Assembly (NCBI RefSeq): GCF_006345805.1 | Contig: NW_021835879.1 | Location: 1 to 54,494 of the forward strand | Source of the DNA: Octopus sinensis | Lineage: Eukaryota | Reading direction: 5' to 3' | DNA: 54,494 nt | Shown: positions 35,905-49,401 of the stretch, piece by piece | Layout: each line of letters opens with the position of its first letter | Position numbering within the stretch: the stretch's first letter is position 1 | The notes under the pieces: generated by a model | Told to the model about the DNA's origin: nothing | The model's input: the letters and a program-made list of their open reading frames with translations, nothing else | The model's database searches: none | Position numbers and translations under genes: made by a program

Positions 35905-36681
35905 TTCGTCTTCGATCACATGGTCTGTTTACATCTGACGTCTCGATATGAAATGTTGCAGCGAAAATCGGCGCTGACTGTAAATTCTATGGAACTTCTG
36001 TAGAAATAACCATAACAAAATAATGTAAGAACACCCAATAGAATGTGATAGTGTGTTATGAAAACATTGAATATACTTTACAGAATATTGTGTTTGCCTA
36101 ACGAAGTAGCATGTACCTACACAATCGTTGTCCCCTTCGTCGCCATCATTATCATATCTCGGTCGTCTGCTTAGCCGTCATGGCCACTGTCATCATGGCC
36201 GTCGTTTTCGTTTCCGTACTCGCAGTCGATATCATCATCATCATCGTCGTCGTCGTCGTCGTCGTCGTCCTCATTATAATCTTCGCCCCCATTTTAATGA
36301 TTATAATCACCATCGTCTTCTATTCAATCCGTTGTAAAAATAAACAGAACACTATTTCAAAGACCGTCGACTTTGTTCAAATTTCTCTTCAACTAAAATC
36401 TATTTCCGTTTAAGTAACCACCCATTCATTGTGTTACGAGAATATATAATATCCAATCATAAATATATATGCATATATAATTTCACACACGCACACATAC
36501 GCACTCACATCACATGCACTCACAAATACACATAGGTATATGTGTATACATGTATTTGTATAGATATACATATAAATACACACACACACACATACACATA
36601 TATATATTGTGCAAGGATGCAAGCGCACGTATATATGCATAAATACACACACACATATATACATATATATGCGTATATATA

Positions 36682-36684
<3 letters not shown>

Positions 36685-36757
<73 letters not shown>
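36685..36757. repeat. Pure (GT)n dinucleotide tract
   Basis: Direct reading. Confidence 0.97.
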
Positions 36758-36759
<2 letters not shown>

Positions 36760-37261
36760 TGGTGTGTTTAAGATAACAACAACGACAACGTCAACAGCAC
36801 CAGAACACAAAGCGTCTCATAATTTCACTTTCTGCAAATAAGCGTTCCCATTAGGAATTACAAACTTCTTAAAATAACCCCTCGCCTCTGCCCTTCCTCA
36901 CACCTATGCTTGTTGGTCAACATTTATTCATATACTCAAAGCTTTAGACCAACATAATTTTATCTTCCTCTCCACATATGCAACCTACAACGTTTATCCA
37001 ATAATATGCCTGTCTTTTCCGTAATGACATTTCAACTCAGCAGAATTCTTGATTCTTGACACTGTCTCACCGTTTCCAGGTCAACTGCTCTTAATTGCCA
37101 TTTCATAATAATGATTCACTTTCCAGACGCGGGGATTATTTTAATAATTCAACAATTTATGTTGTGTGTTATTTGAAATAACTCTCCTTCTCTGTGCTCT
37201 ACATGTCACTAGCCACCATGACTTATTTCTCTCCGCTCATTTTTGTTTAAATTACCTAGAT

Positions 37262-37425
37262 TACCGTCACTTAGCGGTTCGGCAAAAGAGACCGATAGAA
37301 TAAGTACTGGGCTTACAAAGAATAAGTCCCGGGGTTGATTTGCTCGACTAAAGGCGGTGCTCCAGCATGGCCGCAGTCAAATGACTGAAACAAGTAAAAG
37401 AGTAAAAGAGTAAAAGAGTAAAGAG
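37262..37425 (+). mobile_element. SINE family B, young 3' portion with (GAGTAAAA)n tail
   Basis: cttagcggttcggcaaaagagaccgatagaataagtactgggc...ctccagcatggccgcagtcaaatgactgaaacaagtaaaagagtaaaagagtaaaagag. Confidence 0.92.
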
Positions 37426-38501
37426 TATTATAAATATTTTGTGCTATTTATGTATGAGTTCAAGACCTCCGGCTATTGGCAATAGGTTGGTCAAATTGTC
37501 TTGCTGATGAGGCCCACATGATCAGAAACACATGTCCACTACTCTGCCCTTATTTTTAGACAACACTCCGTCCTTTTCCTTAATATATCAGTCGTAGAGA
37601 ATTCCTCCGATTACCTCTCCTTCTCAAATTGAGTTGGTCGTAATTGCCGTTTGGTAACTAAGACACATCTTCTGGGGCCGGGCGTAATTCTAATAAATCA
37701 AGAACCTAAGTTGTATGGTATTTGATATACCTGTATTTGTCTATGTCTACCCATTAACGGTGTATAACTGCAGCTCAACCTGTTCAATCAACGTAGGTTT
37801 CTCTGTGTTACGGCGTCTCAACCACTTTTTATCTATGGACCGTTTTATAGAAATTCTTTGAAAACTCCTGTTTCGTTTCTCAGACATTAACTTGTGCAGG
37901 TTGAACTATGTGAACTGTCAGAGATAGAAACGTAGCCGTTTCTTGTAATACGTACATGTAAAACCAGGGCTCTTTAAATTCTATTGTGGATACTCAATTT
38001 CCTCTTTTGTAATGCGGAACCTCAAAACTTTTATAGACCCTCAGGGGTTATATTGAATCCGGCTTAGAACCTCTGTTTATATAATAAACAACGAAACCTA
38101 CATCACATATAACCTCCAGCTGACCACTAGTGAATTATCCGTTCCCTTATTCTACCCCGACTAAATCATAACCACACCCTAAACTACCCGCACAACCAAC
38201 AGCTCGAAACGTTTGCGAAGAATCGCTAACGTTGTGGTTGGCCACAGTTTGGATTGCAACGGGAAGGCTATAATTACGAAGACACCGCAACATGACACAC
38301 ATGACAGAAAGTCCGTTAACTCGTATGATTAAATGGGATTAACCTGCGAGCGCAAGGCATGGGGGTTCTTAGACGCTGTGCAAGTGTGTGTATGTGTATG
38401 TGTGTCTGTTGGAGGGCCGTAGTCAATGATATATGTGCATACAAATATATATATACACATAGATATACATATGTACACACACACACATATATATACATGT
38501 A

Positions 38502-38533
<32 letters not shown>

Positions 38534-38604
38534 GTACATGTGTAAATAAATTTATATATATATATATATATATAACATGCTCTAGTCGACGAAATCGAAC
38601 TCTG

Positions 38605-38810
38605 GATTCGTTTTTTGTAAGCCTGGTACTTATTCTATCGTTATTCAGTTGTCAAGCGATGTTGGGAAGTGGGGGACGAACACAGACACAAAGACACACA
38701 ACTGCACACGCACATATACATTATATACGACGGGCTTCTTTCAGTTTCCGTCTACCCGGAAACATATGCTTGGGATGCAAGCTTCTTACCACACAGCCAC
38801 GCCTGCTCCT
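38605..38810 (-). mobile_element. SINE family B, internally deleted antisense copy
   Basis: gtacttattctatcg...gggcttctttcagtttccgtcta...cttaccacacagccacgcc. Confidence 0.8.
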
Positions 38811-38989
38811 TTACAAATATGTGTGTGCGCGCGCAAGTATGTGTGTCCGCGCGCGTATGTGTGTGTGTGTGGTGTGTGTGTGTGTGTGTTGTGTGTGTGT
38901 GTGTGTGGCATTGTATTGATATAGAAATATATAATATGCTGTCTATATCTATCTACTTATCTATCTATACACATACATATATTTCCACA

Positions 38990-39042
38990 ACTTACACTGC
39001 ATATATGTATATATATGTATAGATATATATATATATATATAT

Positions 39043-39130
<88 letters not shown>

Positions 39131-39141
39131 TATATAGGTAT

Positions 39142-39181
<40 letters not shown>

Positions 39182-39193
39182 ATATACTATATA

Positions 39194-39232
<39 letters not shown>

Positions 39233-39700
39233 TATAGATATATATATGTATTACCTATATATATATATATATCTATATATAATATATATATATATATATA
39301 TAATATATATGTATAGATTATATATGTATATACTATGTATGTTAAAAGACATACGGGCCATGAGATGGGCCCGGTTCGTTTGTCATTTAAAACACAACCG
39401 CAGACGAGCGTTAGATAAATAATGATTTAAAATATATAAAAATCGTGTCTTTTTTTGTTGATTTTGCTACTTTTTATTTACATATTTTATTATTGTGTCT
39501 GTCAGTCAGTCTGCCTGCTTCATTTTGCCGACAAAAGTAAAACGCCGAATACGTAATGATAGAGGGCGCAGGTGGATAATTAAAGAGGAGGATACGCGCA
39601 ATAGACATACGAGTTTTAGAACACAGACATCCACCCATCCACATCTCTATACATACACAAACCTATACCCACATTAAGAGAGCGATAGATAGATAGACAC

Positions 39701-39757
<57 letters not shown>

Positions 39758-39779
39758 TTAGATAGATAGATAGATAGAT

Positions 39780-39820
<41 letters not shown>
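38990..39820. repeat. (TA)n array (~39000-39330) and (GATA)n/(GA)n array (~39685-39820)
   Basis: Direct reading. Confidence 0.93.
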
Positions 39821-39824
<4 letters not shown>

Positions 39825-39884
39825 TAGAGGGAACGGAGGTGGGAGAGAGTAAAAAGGAAGTGATATAGAGGGAAACAAACTGTT

Positions 39885-40005
39885 CAGGGTCAGTCCTGAT
39901 GATTCTGTGAGTTCTGAGTAAAAATTCGATTATGCTTTTCATCTGTTCGAGATCGATAAAATAAGTACCAATTCAGCTTCTGGGTCGATTCTCCACTCTT
40001 GCCCC
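39885..40005 (+). mobile_element. SINE family A, degenerate copy
   Basis: gagttctgagtaaaaattcg...gcttttcatc...gatcgataaaataagtacca...gggtcgatt. Confidence 0.6.
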
Positions 40006-40191
40006 GTAAACGATTGCTTTGTGTGTATATATATCCACAGAAAAGTGAGTACACATAAGCATATGACTTTACGCCCAAATGTTAATACCCACATATAACT
40101 CGGGCGTGTATCTACGACTCTAGCCACAGCCAACCAAACCTTTCTCAGAAGAGTCTGTAGATGAAAGTCAGTCGTATATATATATATAATA

Positions 40192-41382
40192 TTGGGTTGG
40201 GAACTAAGTTCTATCCGTTTTGTAAATTTAAATTTTTTAAAAGGTTTAATAAAAAATAACAACTAATTAATCAATAATGTTTTCCCCTTGTTGTTTAAAA
40301 CTTCTCAACGTTCAACAAGATTTTCAGTACCTCATTGGTAGAAATGACCCGAGTTTGACTCGAAACATTGATGCTACCAAGCTCTCAATTCTGCATCAGT
40401 ATTGAACGAAACTCCGCGCATAGCATTTGAAAGAGATCAAAGAAGTGGAAATCCGTTGGTGCCAAATCAGGAGAGTACGGCGGGTGTGGCAGCACTTCCC
40501 AGCCATGCGTTTGAATGGGTTCCTTGGCCATATTGGCGTTGTCGCGCAGCAGAAGAGCTCCATGCTGCATTATAGGCGTTTTCTCTTGAATAGTCGTGTT
40601 GAGTCGTTCCATCTGTTGAATAGAGTTCCGCGTTGATCGATTGGTTCCGTTCAAGCAATTCGTAATGGAAAATCCCTTCGCAGTCCCACCATACGCACAA
40701 CATCGCTTTACGCGGATGAAGATCTTGTTTCACGCGCCGTGTCGCTTGTTTACCGGGGCTAAGCCATTGCTTACGCTGCTTCATGTTGATGTACAGGCAC
40801 CATTTTCCGTCGCCACTAACGATTTGGTAAGGAAATCGTTGCTTGTGTCCATGAGTTGAGCGGTGACGAGCAAGCAAACCAGCGGAGATTGTGGCTCATT
40901 GATTTTTGTTGTTGTTGTCACTTAAAGCATGCGGAACCTATGCTCAATACATCTGAACTGTTCCCATCTAGGGAAGATGCTTCGCTATAGCAGTTCCCTT
41001 TTTGCTTGACGAGAATTTTCGTGCAAAAGATGGTTTAATCGCTCTTCATTAAACTGAACTGGACGGTCAGAACGAGGTGCGTTTTTGAGGTCAAAATTGA
41101 GGTCCATTTTTGAACTTGGCATACCCATCACGAGCGGTTCTTTCAGCTATGGCACCCTCTTCATACACAGCACAAATATCGCAAGCAGCTTTTGCGGCGT
41201 TACAATCTTGATTAAAAGCAAAAAGAAGGAGGTGTCGAAAATGGTCGTTTTTCTTAACTTGACATTCCATTTTAATGATCTGAAAATAAAAAATAACTAA
41301 AATTAATTAGAAAAAACACCCAAAGAAACAAAAACAAAGTAGATTCCAGAATTAAAAAAAACGGGGGGATCTAGTTGCCAAC

Positions 41383-41386
<4 letters not shown>
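40192..41386 (-). mobile_element. Near full-length decayed mariner (DD34D-type) transposon, 1195 bp, with TIRs and TA flanks
   Basis: TIRs TTGGGTTGGGAACTAAGTT..CCGTTTT and TTGGGTTGGCAACTAGAT..CCGTTTT, each flanked by TA. ATG at 41270: MECQVKKNDHFRHLL..; VPHALS; IVSGDGKWCLY; MLCVWWDCEGIFHYELL; DNA; HPPYSPDLAPTDFHFF. Contains stops, frameshifts and an apparent deletion in the second HTH. Confidence 0.95.
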
Positions 41387-41419
<33 letters not shown>

Positions 41420-41919
41420 ATATAATATATACTTCTATATATACGTATCTTTTATGGATGAATGTGAGTTTGTCCTTTAATGAGTGCAATTTCCGATGGT
41501 TTCTAGCGTTGTTTCTTCATAATTTATTATTGAATTTACTTCTGTAAATTTGTTTAGGTATAAAAACTTACAGAAATAATCCGTATATGATTTAATATAT
41601 TAAATACAGCTCAACAGATTCATTCATATTTATGTAACGGAGGAGTTTAGATGTTAAAATGGATTATAGTCTTTATTATTGATGTTGCTATACAATTTGT
41701 TTTGTACAAAGAGAAAATCAGAATAGTCAAATTTGTACTCTTTGGTAGCTGGAATAAAAGCTAAAAAAAGACGTTAGAAGTTCATAGATTTTCGCTTAGT
41801 AATCATATTTTAATGATGTGTTCGTTCTTGTAGTCATTTTTATTTTAAATATGAATATACAGAATACATACATACATACAAACGTACACACATAAATACA
41901 TACATACATACACGCACAC

Positions 41920-41952
<33 letters not shown>

Positions 41953-41957
41953 CATAA

Positions 41958-42001
<44 letters not shown>

Positions 42002-42023
42002 ACACAAGAATAAAGCCACAAAA

Positions 42024-42271
42024 ATGGATCAATATTTCGGTACAATTGTTTCGTACGAAGACCAGCTTTATTAAGGCTGCAAATATTGCAGCAAATACAA
42101 GTTACCCGTACTCATCAGCCGAAAAAACATCTGAGTTCTCCAAACATCTAAGGGGGTTAGGCTACACTCCTGAAACATTAGGGATAGTTCTATAAAAATC
42201 AGATTTAGATAATAAACGGACTTCCAAAGCTGGTCTTCGTACGAAACAATTGTACCGAAATATTGATCCAT
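42024..42271. repeat. Perfect 46-bp inverted repeat around a 156-bp spacer
   Basis: ATGGATCAATATTTCGGTACAATTGTTTCGTACGAAGACCAGCTTT (42024-42069) has its exact reverse complement at 42226-42271. Confidence 0.95.
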
Positions 42272-42984
42272 CTTTGTTGCTTTTTTCTTGTTTATAATCA
42301 CCCCGCATTATCTTATGGTTAACACCATATAGATTTCTGGTGCATCTAAGCTAAGTACCGCATTCATGTGAATTCAACAGAACTCACTTGAATCTTAATT
42401 GCTTTTACTGTATATATATATATAATAGATATATATATATATATATATATATATCATACACATATACATGCTTATACACTCATACATGCGTACATACATA
42501 CATTCATACATATATATGTGTATGCGCACGCACACTGAACCACACATACGCGCACAACCAAACAAAAAGAACGTAGTTCTTATAATGGACAGAGTCAACG
42601 ATTATTGAAAAAGTTGCAAGACGCAACGAAAATCTTAGGAAAAATATAAAAGAAAATGAGTGGAAACTGAACTGGTGAGTGTGTTGAACTGTAAGGCATT
42701 AAAAGAGAATGACTCTCCCCAGCCACAACAAAATATATTTCAACACAGGTATTCACATAAAGAATCTTGCAAACCTAATCCAAAAATGAAATATATCTAT
42801 ATGTATGTATGTACGCATGTATGTATGTATGTATGTATGTATGTATGTATGTATGTATTATGTATGTATGTATGTGTGTGTGTATGTAAATATATCTTGG
42901 TATATCTGATGTTGAGAAGCTCGTAAGTGCGTGGGCGCGTTTGTACTTCATAATTATCCTTTCTACAGGAGGCTCAAGGCCTCA

Positions 42985-43135
42985 TATTTGTGGGAATAGT
43001 ACTGGTCGATTACATCGACCCCGAAAGAATGACAGACAACGTCGACCTCGGCGGAATTTGAACTCAGAACGTAGCGACGGATGAAATACAGCTAAGCATT
43101 TCGTCCGGCGTGCTAATGATTCTGCCCGCTCGCCG
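42985..43135 (-). mobile_element. SINE family A, antisense copy with internal deletion
   Basis: gtcgacctcggcggaatttgaactcagaacgtagcgacgg...gctaagcatttcgtccggcgtgctaatgattctgcc. Confidence 0.88.
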
Positions 43136-43184
43136 CCTTTTTTGTACTACACAATTATGGGCTTACGAGTGCATACATAAGTGT

Positions 43185-43241
43185 ATATCTATCTATCTAT
43201 CTATCTATCTATCTCTATCTATCTATCTATCTATCTATCTG

Positions 43242-43297
<56 letters not shown>

Positions 43298-44359
43298 CTT
43301 AGCTAGCTAGCTAGTCGCCCATCTATCTACACATACGTACACACACACATATGTATACATCCATATATGTATATATACGTACATACGTACATATGCAGAT
43401 ATGTATGTATGTATGCATGCATGTATGTATGTATGTATGTATGTATGTATGTATGTATGTATGTATATGTACATGAATGTATCGCTTAGCTAGCCGAAAC
43501 TTCGAAATTACAGTCAATAGTGTTCTTGTAAAATAATAATAGAACTGTGCTCTACAAATGCATGGAGCAACCCTTCCGATTGGTTTAAAATTGATTTGAT
43601 TTTAACTAAACATAAACATAAAGCAAACGAGATTGGGTGGGGGTATGTGTATGTGGAGGGATGGGGTTGTATGTGTGTGTACATGTGTTTGTGTGGGGGG
43701 TTGTATGTGTATATGTATGGCTAATTATGTATATGTATATGTATGGTTAATTAACCACCAGTGTGTAGATTAATTAATCATTGTGACCTGTACCTCAACG
43801 ACACTATCACCGCCACCACGCTTTTACAGTTATATCAACTACTGCCCATACATGTCCGTTTCTACTGTGGTAGCTACGAACTGGCATTACCTTACGACCA
43901 CACCACACCACACCAGAGCGCACAAGACCACCACCACCACTACCACCACTACCACAACCACCGACAAACGCCCCTATTGTGGCCACCACTACATTTTTAG
44001 CCAACCACCATCACACGCCCACTTCATTATCAACCAGCATCGTAGGTTCTTTGTAGTAACCTCCACAACCACCGCCGCCATCACCACCGCCACCACCACC
44101 ATAACCACCACCGCGACTACTACTACTGCTACTACTACTACTACTACCACCAGCATTCACACAGAGGGAGCAGCTGTTTATGAAGTGGTCCATCGAAGGT
44201 AATTAACGATGTCGGCGGTAGGTCGATGGCGTGTAGGGGGTGTGCAGTGGTTGGCGGAGGTGCTAGGCAGGTATATATGTGTGTGTGTGTATTTATTTAT
44301 GCATGTATGTATGGACGAATGGATATCTGTGTATGTATGTATGTATATATTTATGTAAG

Positions 44360-44403
<44 letters not shown>

Positions 44404-44800
44404 TATACACATACATACATGCTTGCATTTATGCATATACATGCATACATGCATATGAATATATATATATATATGCATTTTATATATATATGTGTGTGTG
44501 TGTATATATGTATATATATATAAATACATATATATATACACACACATACATATACATTATATATTTATATATACACACATCGCTTATCTTTTCCTCCTTC
44601 TTCCTCCTTCTCTTCTTCTTCCTCTTTATCTTCTGTCTCCTTTTCTTCCTTCTTCCTCTCAACGTTACCGTATTTCTAACGGTTGTCCTTGTCGTTGTAA
44701 TTATTCTGCTGCGTCGTCGTCATCGCCGTCATCTTCATCATCATCATCACCACCGCCACCACCACCACCATCGTCATCCTCATCATCGTACACACTGCTT
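43185..44800. repeat. Microsatellite cluster: (CTAT)n, (GTAT)n, (CAC/TAC)n, (TA)n, (CAT/CAC)n
   Basis: Direct reading. Confidence 0.9.
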
Positions 44801-45299
44801 TCCAGAATTATGCTCCGCCTCTTTACGCCCTGATTTTAAATCCGGCCGGTCAGACTTGCTTTTCCATCATCCCTCTAGCGGCAAAATAATGTACCAGTCA
44901 TGTAATGATGGCTGTGGTGATTTACTCGTTTGATACCGCTCACCCTCCAGTACATACCAGGCCTGCTGTCTGCCCAGAAACCACTGCATGTCCTGTGGCT
45001 GGCAAATTTCTTAGTGCGACCTACAACACAAGCTTCACTTTATATTTCATTTCACCTGACTTTATAACGTAATTGCTTTTTCTTGTATTGTTTCTCTCCC
45101 TACTTAACCCTGAGTTCAATCCCTACGATAGTTAGTTTTACCGTCGTGCTTCTAAGATTAATAAAATACATACGTAAACGCAATTTTGTGCACCACTCAA
45201 GACCCGCCAACTTGAGATCTTTGGCCTCATGTGGGGTTCATCATAATATTATAATTCATTTCAATATTATACACCTAAATGCTGATAACTATTAATATA

Positions 45300-45650
45300 T
45301 ATGTGGCAGAATCGTTAGCCTGGCGGGCAAAATGCTTCGTGACATTTTGCCTGTCTTTACGTCCTAAGATCCAATTTCACCGAAGATAACTTGCATCTTA
45401 TCCTACCGGAGTCGATAGAATAAGTACCAGTTGCGAACTGGGGTCCATGTAATTAATTTATTCCCTCCCTCAAGATTACTGGCCCTGTAGCAACATTTAA
45501 AATAATTTTCTCGCTCAATAAGGGCGGCAAGCTGGCAGAATCGTTAGCACGCCTGACAAAATGTTTAGCGGCATTATTTCGTCCGTCTTCAATTTCTGAG
45601 TTCATATTCCGCCAAGGTCGACTTTGCAATTCATCCTTTCGGCGTCAATG
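45300..45650 (+). mobile_element. Two head-to-tail SINE family A copies
   Basis: tggcagaatcgttagc at ~45304 and again at ~45533 (ggcggcaagctggcagaatcgttagcacgcc). Confidence 0.85.
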
Positions 45651-46021
45651 TCAACCACTTACACCGCCACAGAAAGTACCAAACTTTGAAAACGATACTT
45701 CATCGCTAAATATATTAGATTTATCATCGTTATTTGGACCCTAAATTATTTACTTTCGTTTTATTTAATTGGGGGCGGGAAAAACAGGTACATGACCTTT
45801 GAAAGAGCCGGCAAACCTGGTCTAAAAACTTTCAATGGAGTGGATTCTGCTAATGACACCTGTGTTATCATTTAGTGTTATGAAGCAACTGACACAAATG
45901 TTCCATGGCAGGATGTGAACTCAGAACTTCCAGCTTTTATGAACACTGAAAAAGTGAAAGTTTACATTTAATCACATCGAACTCAGAGCGCACATATTCG
46001 AAACAGGCCCCACGAGGTAAT

Positions 46022-46290
46022 TTTTTCTCTTGAATAGCCGTGTTGAGTCGTTCCATCTGTTGAACATAGAGTTCCGCGTTGACCGTTTGGTTCCGTTCAA
46101 GCAATTCGTAATGGATAATCCCTTCCCAGTCCCGCAATACGCACTACATCGTTTTACGCGGATGAAGATCTTGTTTCACGCGCGTTGTCGCTTGTTTACC
46201 GGTGCTAAGCCATTCCTTACGCTGCTTCATATTAATGTACAGGCACCATTTTTCGTCGCCAGTAACGATTCGGTAAAGAAATCGAAACCG
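46022..46290 (-). mobile_element. Internal fragment of the same mariner family as 40192-41386
   Basis: Closely similar to ~40580-40830; encodes RIVTGDEKWCLYINMKQRKEWLS and DWEGIIHYELLERNQTVNAELY. Confidence 0.92.
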
Positions 46291-46374
46291 CGTCTTCATA
46301 TTTGGAAGCGAAATTCTAAACCAAAAAGCGAAGCAAAGCACATATTTTATCAAATGTGTATATGCATGTATATA

Positions 46375-46469
<95 letters not shown>

Positions 46470-46664
46470 CCTCCTGAAATCTTGAGGTATAGAATTATCC
46501 CATATTTTTTGCATTTTCGTGCGCATTCCCTCTCGTTCGTACCTGTGGTTGAATATAGAGAACAAATTGTAGAGTGGATTTCGCTTAGATGTTTATGAGG
46601 TGAGATACTGCAAAGTTCCTAGCTTACAGACTTTCGCGAAAGCCTGGTTGACGGCGCTCAACTG

Positions 46665-47790
46665 ACTCCGCCAGTTCCCTTGAGTCGCCAGAGTGCCGGT
46701 CTAAAATGCTTGGCAGTATTTCTTCCGACTCTTTTTACATTTTGAGTTCAAATTTCGCCGAATTCTCCATTGACATTCATCGTTCCGAAATCAGTAAAAC
46801 TGGGTACCAGTCAAATACTGTGGTCGATGGTATTGAATCAGCCAACTTCTCAGAAAACCCTGCACTTGTGTGTTAATTAAAAGCCATTATGACAATCACA
46901 AAATATCTGATCGCTGCATTCCATATTGTGCAGTGTTGTAAAATATAAAACTTATGAACATTTGGAAGTTGAATGTTTGTGGGGGGGGGGCAAAAAAAGT
47001 ACTTCATGAGAAATCTTCTTACTAAGGCGGCAAACTAACAGAATCGTAAGCACGGTGGCAAGCTGGCAGAAGCGTTAGCACGCCGGGCGAAATGCGTAGC
47101 CGTATTTCGTCTGTCGTTACGTTCTGTGTTCAAATGCCGCTGAGGTCGACTTTGCCTTTCATCCTTTCGGGGTCGATAAATTAAGTACCAGTTACGCACT
47201 GGGGTCGATATAATCGACTTAATCCGTTTGTCCGTCCTTGTTTGTCCCTTCTGTGTTTAGCCCATTGTGGGTAGTAAAGAAATAGGTATTTCGTACGTTT
47301 CTAATTCCTGAGTTGGTTTTTCATGCTTTCATGTGGATATATTAAGTACCAGTTGAATACTGGGGTTGATCTAGTCGACTTAGTTCCTCCTTCGAAATTG
47401 TTGGCCTTGTGTCAAAATTTGAAACCGTTCTATCTTTTTATTCATTGCGTTCCGCGTTCAAATCCACCCGGTTCAACTTTGCTTTCGCCCACCCTTCCAC
47501 ACGGGTTCGGTAAATTAAAGTACCAGTGAAGGACAGAGGTTGATATTGCTCCTTCCCTCGTCCTGTATCAAGCTTTGAAATAAAGGCAGTGAGCAGGCAG
47601 AGCCATTAGCATGTGAGATAGCAATACTCCCGGCTCTTTACATTCTGAGTTCTAATCCTACCAGGTGTACTTCGCCGTTCATTGTATTGCGATCGATAAA
47701 ATAAAGAATCAGTTCTGTACTGAGGTTGAAGTAATGAACTTGTTCTCCCCCCTCAAAATTGCTGGCTTTGTGTCAAAATTAGGAAACGTA
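46665..47790 (+). mobile_element. Cluster of about five same-orientation SINE family A copies or fragments
   Basis: Repeated B-box/core/tail motifs at ~46740, 47120, 47340, 47455 and 47645; duplicated head at 47030-47085. Confidence 0.82.
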
Positions 47791-48408
47791 TTTAGTTACT
47801 GTGGTGCTTTATGGTATTAAGTTTCACTCCCATACGGATCAAATTTAAGTCCCAACAGTGTTGATTTTGTGTTTAATAGCTCCATTGCTGATAACACAAA
47901 TATTGGAGTTGATAATACGGCTGATGAGAGATATCAAGCAACATGACTGCAGGGCTAAGTGTTTCCCAGAACTGTTCTGTATAGAAAATACACATTTTGT
48001 AATAAATCCTAATATATGTTAGGGTCTGACATAAATGCGACGGTGAATGAGAAAACCTTCTATACTTCGGGGAAGCGTTTTGTGAATGCACATAAGTTGA
48101 ATGAATACTAAATGCGCAGAAGGTAGAGTCTGGCGTATTTAATAAGGTTCTGATAAGTGAGAATCTTTATGCGATTAGAAGATATAATGTTTTGTGATTG
48201 AACTTTAAAACGAAACACAAAATAACAACCAATCATGTTTGGGAGAAGAAAATTAAGAAGATAGAAACAGGAATGGATGTGGTGTTTAAAAGCAAGTGGT
48301 GACAATAAGAGACACGTTTCGTCTTATCAGGCCTCTTCAGCGAAATATTTTGCACTTTGTTGACAAGCAAGACTATGCGTAGTCAGGGGAGATATATACA
48401 CATGCATG

Positions 48409-48440
<32 letters not shown>

Positions 48441-49366
48441 TACACGCACAATATCTGGGAGGGTCAAATTTTAATGCATGTATTAATTTAACGAATATGT
48501 GAGTGTGTGTGTGTGTGTGTGTGTGTAAGCGTATGTGTATCCTCATCATTGTTATCTTCTGAAGTTCATCTCCCCTGCATGGATTGGTTGAATGTTTTAC
48601 CAGGTTCTGCGGGATCTGCTTTATGCGTGGTATCTACTGCAGGGTGACCTTCCCCAATGCCATCCGCTTTACAGAAAGGACTGGACGTTCTTTTTCGTGG
48701 TACCAGCACTACTGAGATTACCATGCAGCCTGCATTATGATTCTCCGTTCACGGGGGTGAGACAACACTACAGCATCTGTGTGTGTGTGTGTGTGTGTGT
48801 TTCATTTACCACACGACTGTGTTGAAGTCTTTATCGTTGTTTTTTTTTCTAGAGTTGCCATATTTTCCTGTTCTGTTTGACGTAAAATTCTACGTGGATT
48901 CAATTTATGTATTAAAAGAAACATAGACACAAAGTCTAGTTTATCTCTTGAAAAAGAGTATGAAGATCTGGAAGTACGAAATAATGAATCTAGGAAGAAG
49001 AATTTAGGACATTTATTTATCCAAAGTAGCTGCAAAACACTAACAAGAAATTAGGAAAACATTGAAATAGAGAAGATAAACCTTGAACACAGTCGTGTAT
49101 TTAATGAAACATGAATGAAAGAAAATCTGTTCCCTATGTATACCATATATGTATGTGTGTGCGCGCATTTATGTGCATGTATGTGAGTGTGTGTATGTGT
49201 GTGTGTGTGAGTGTGTGTGTGTGTGCATATATATTAATATATATCTTCATATGTACGACAAAGAGTGAGAGGGGTATGTTAAGATGCTAATTGTGAATCT
49301 CGACAAATTGGCCCTAGGACGAGACCTCAGGGGAGACTGCTACATTAAGACTGCACATAGAGTAGC

Positions 49367-49401
<35 letters not shown>

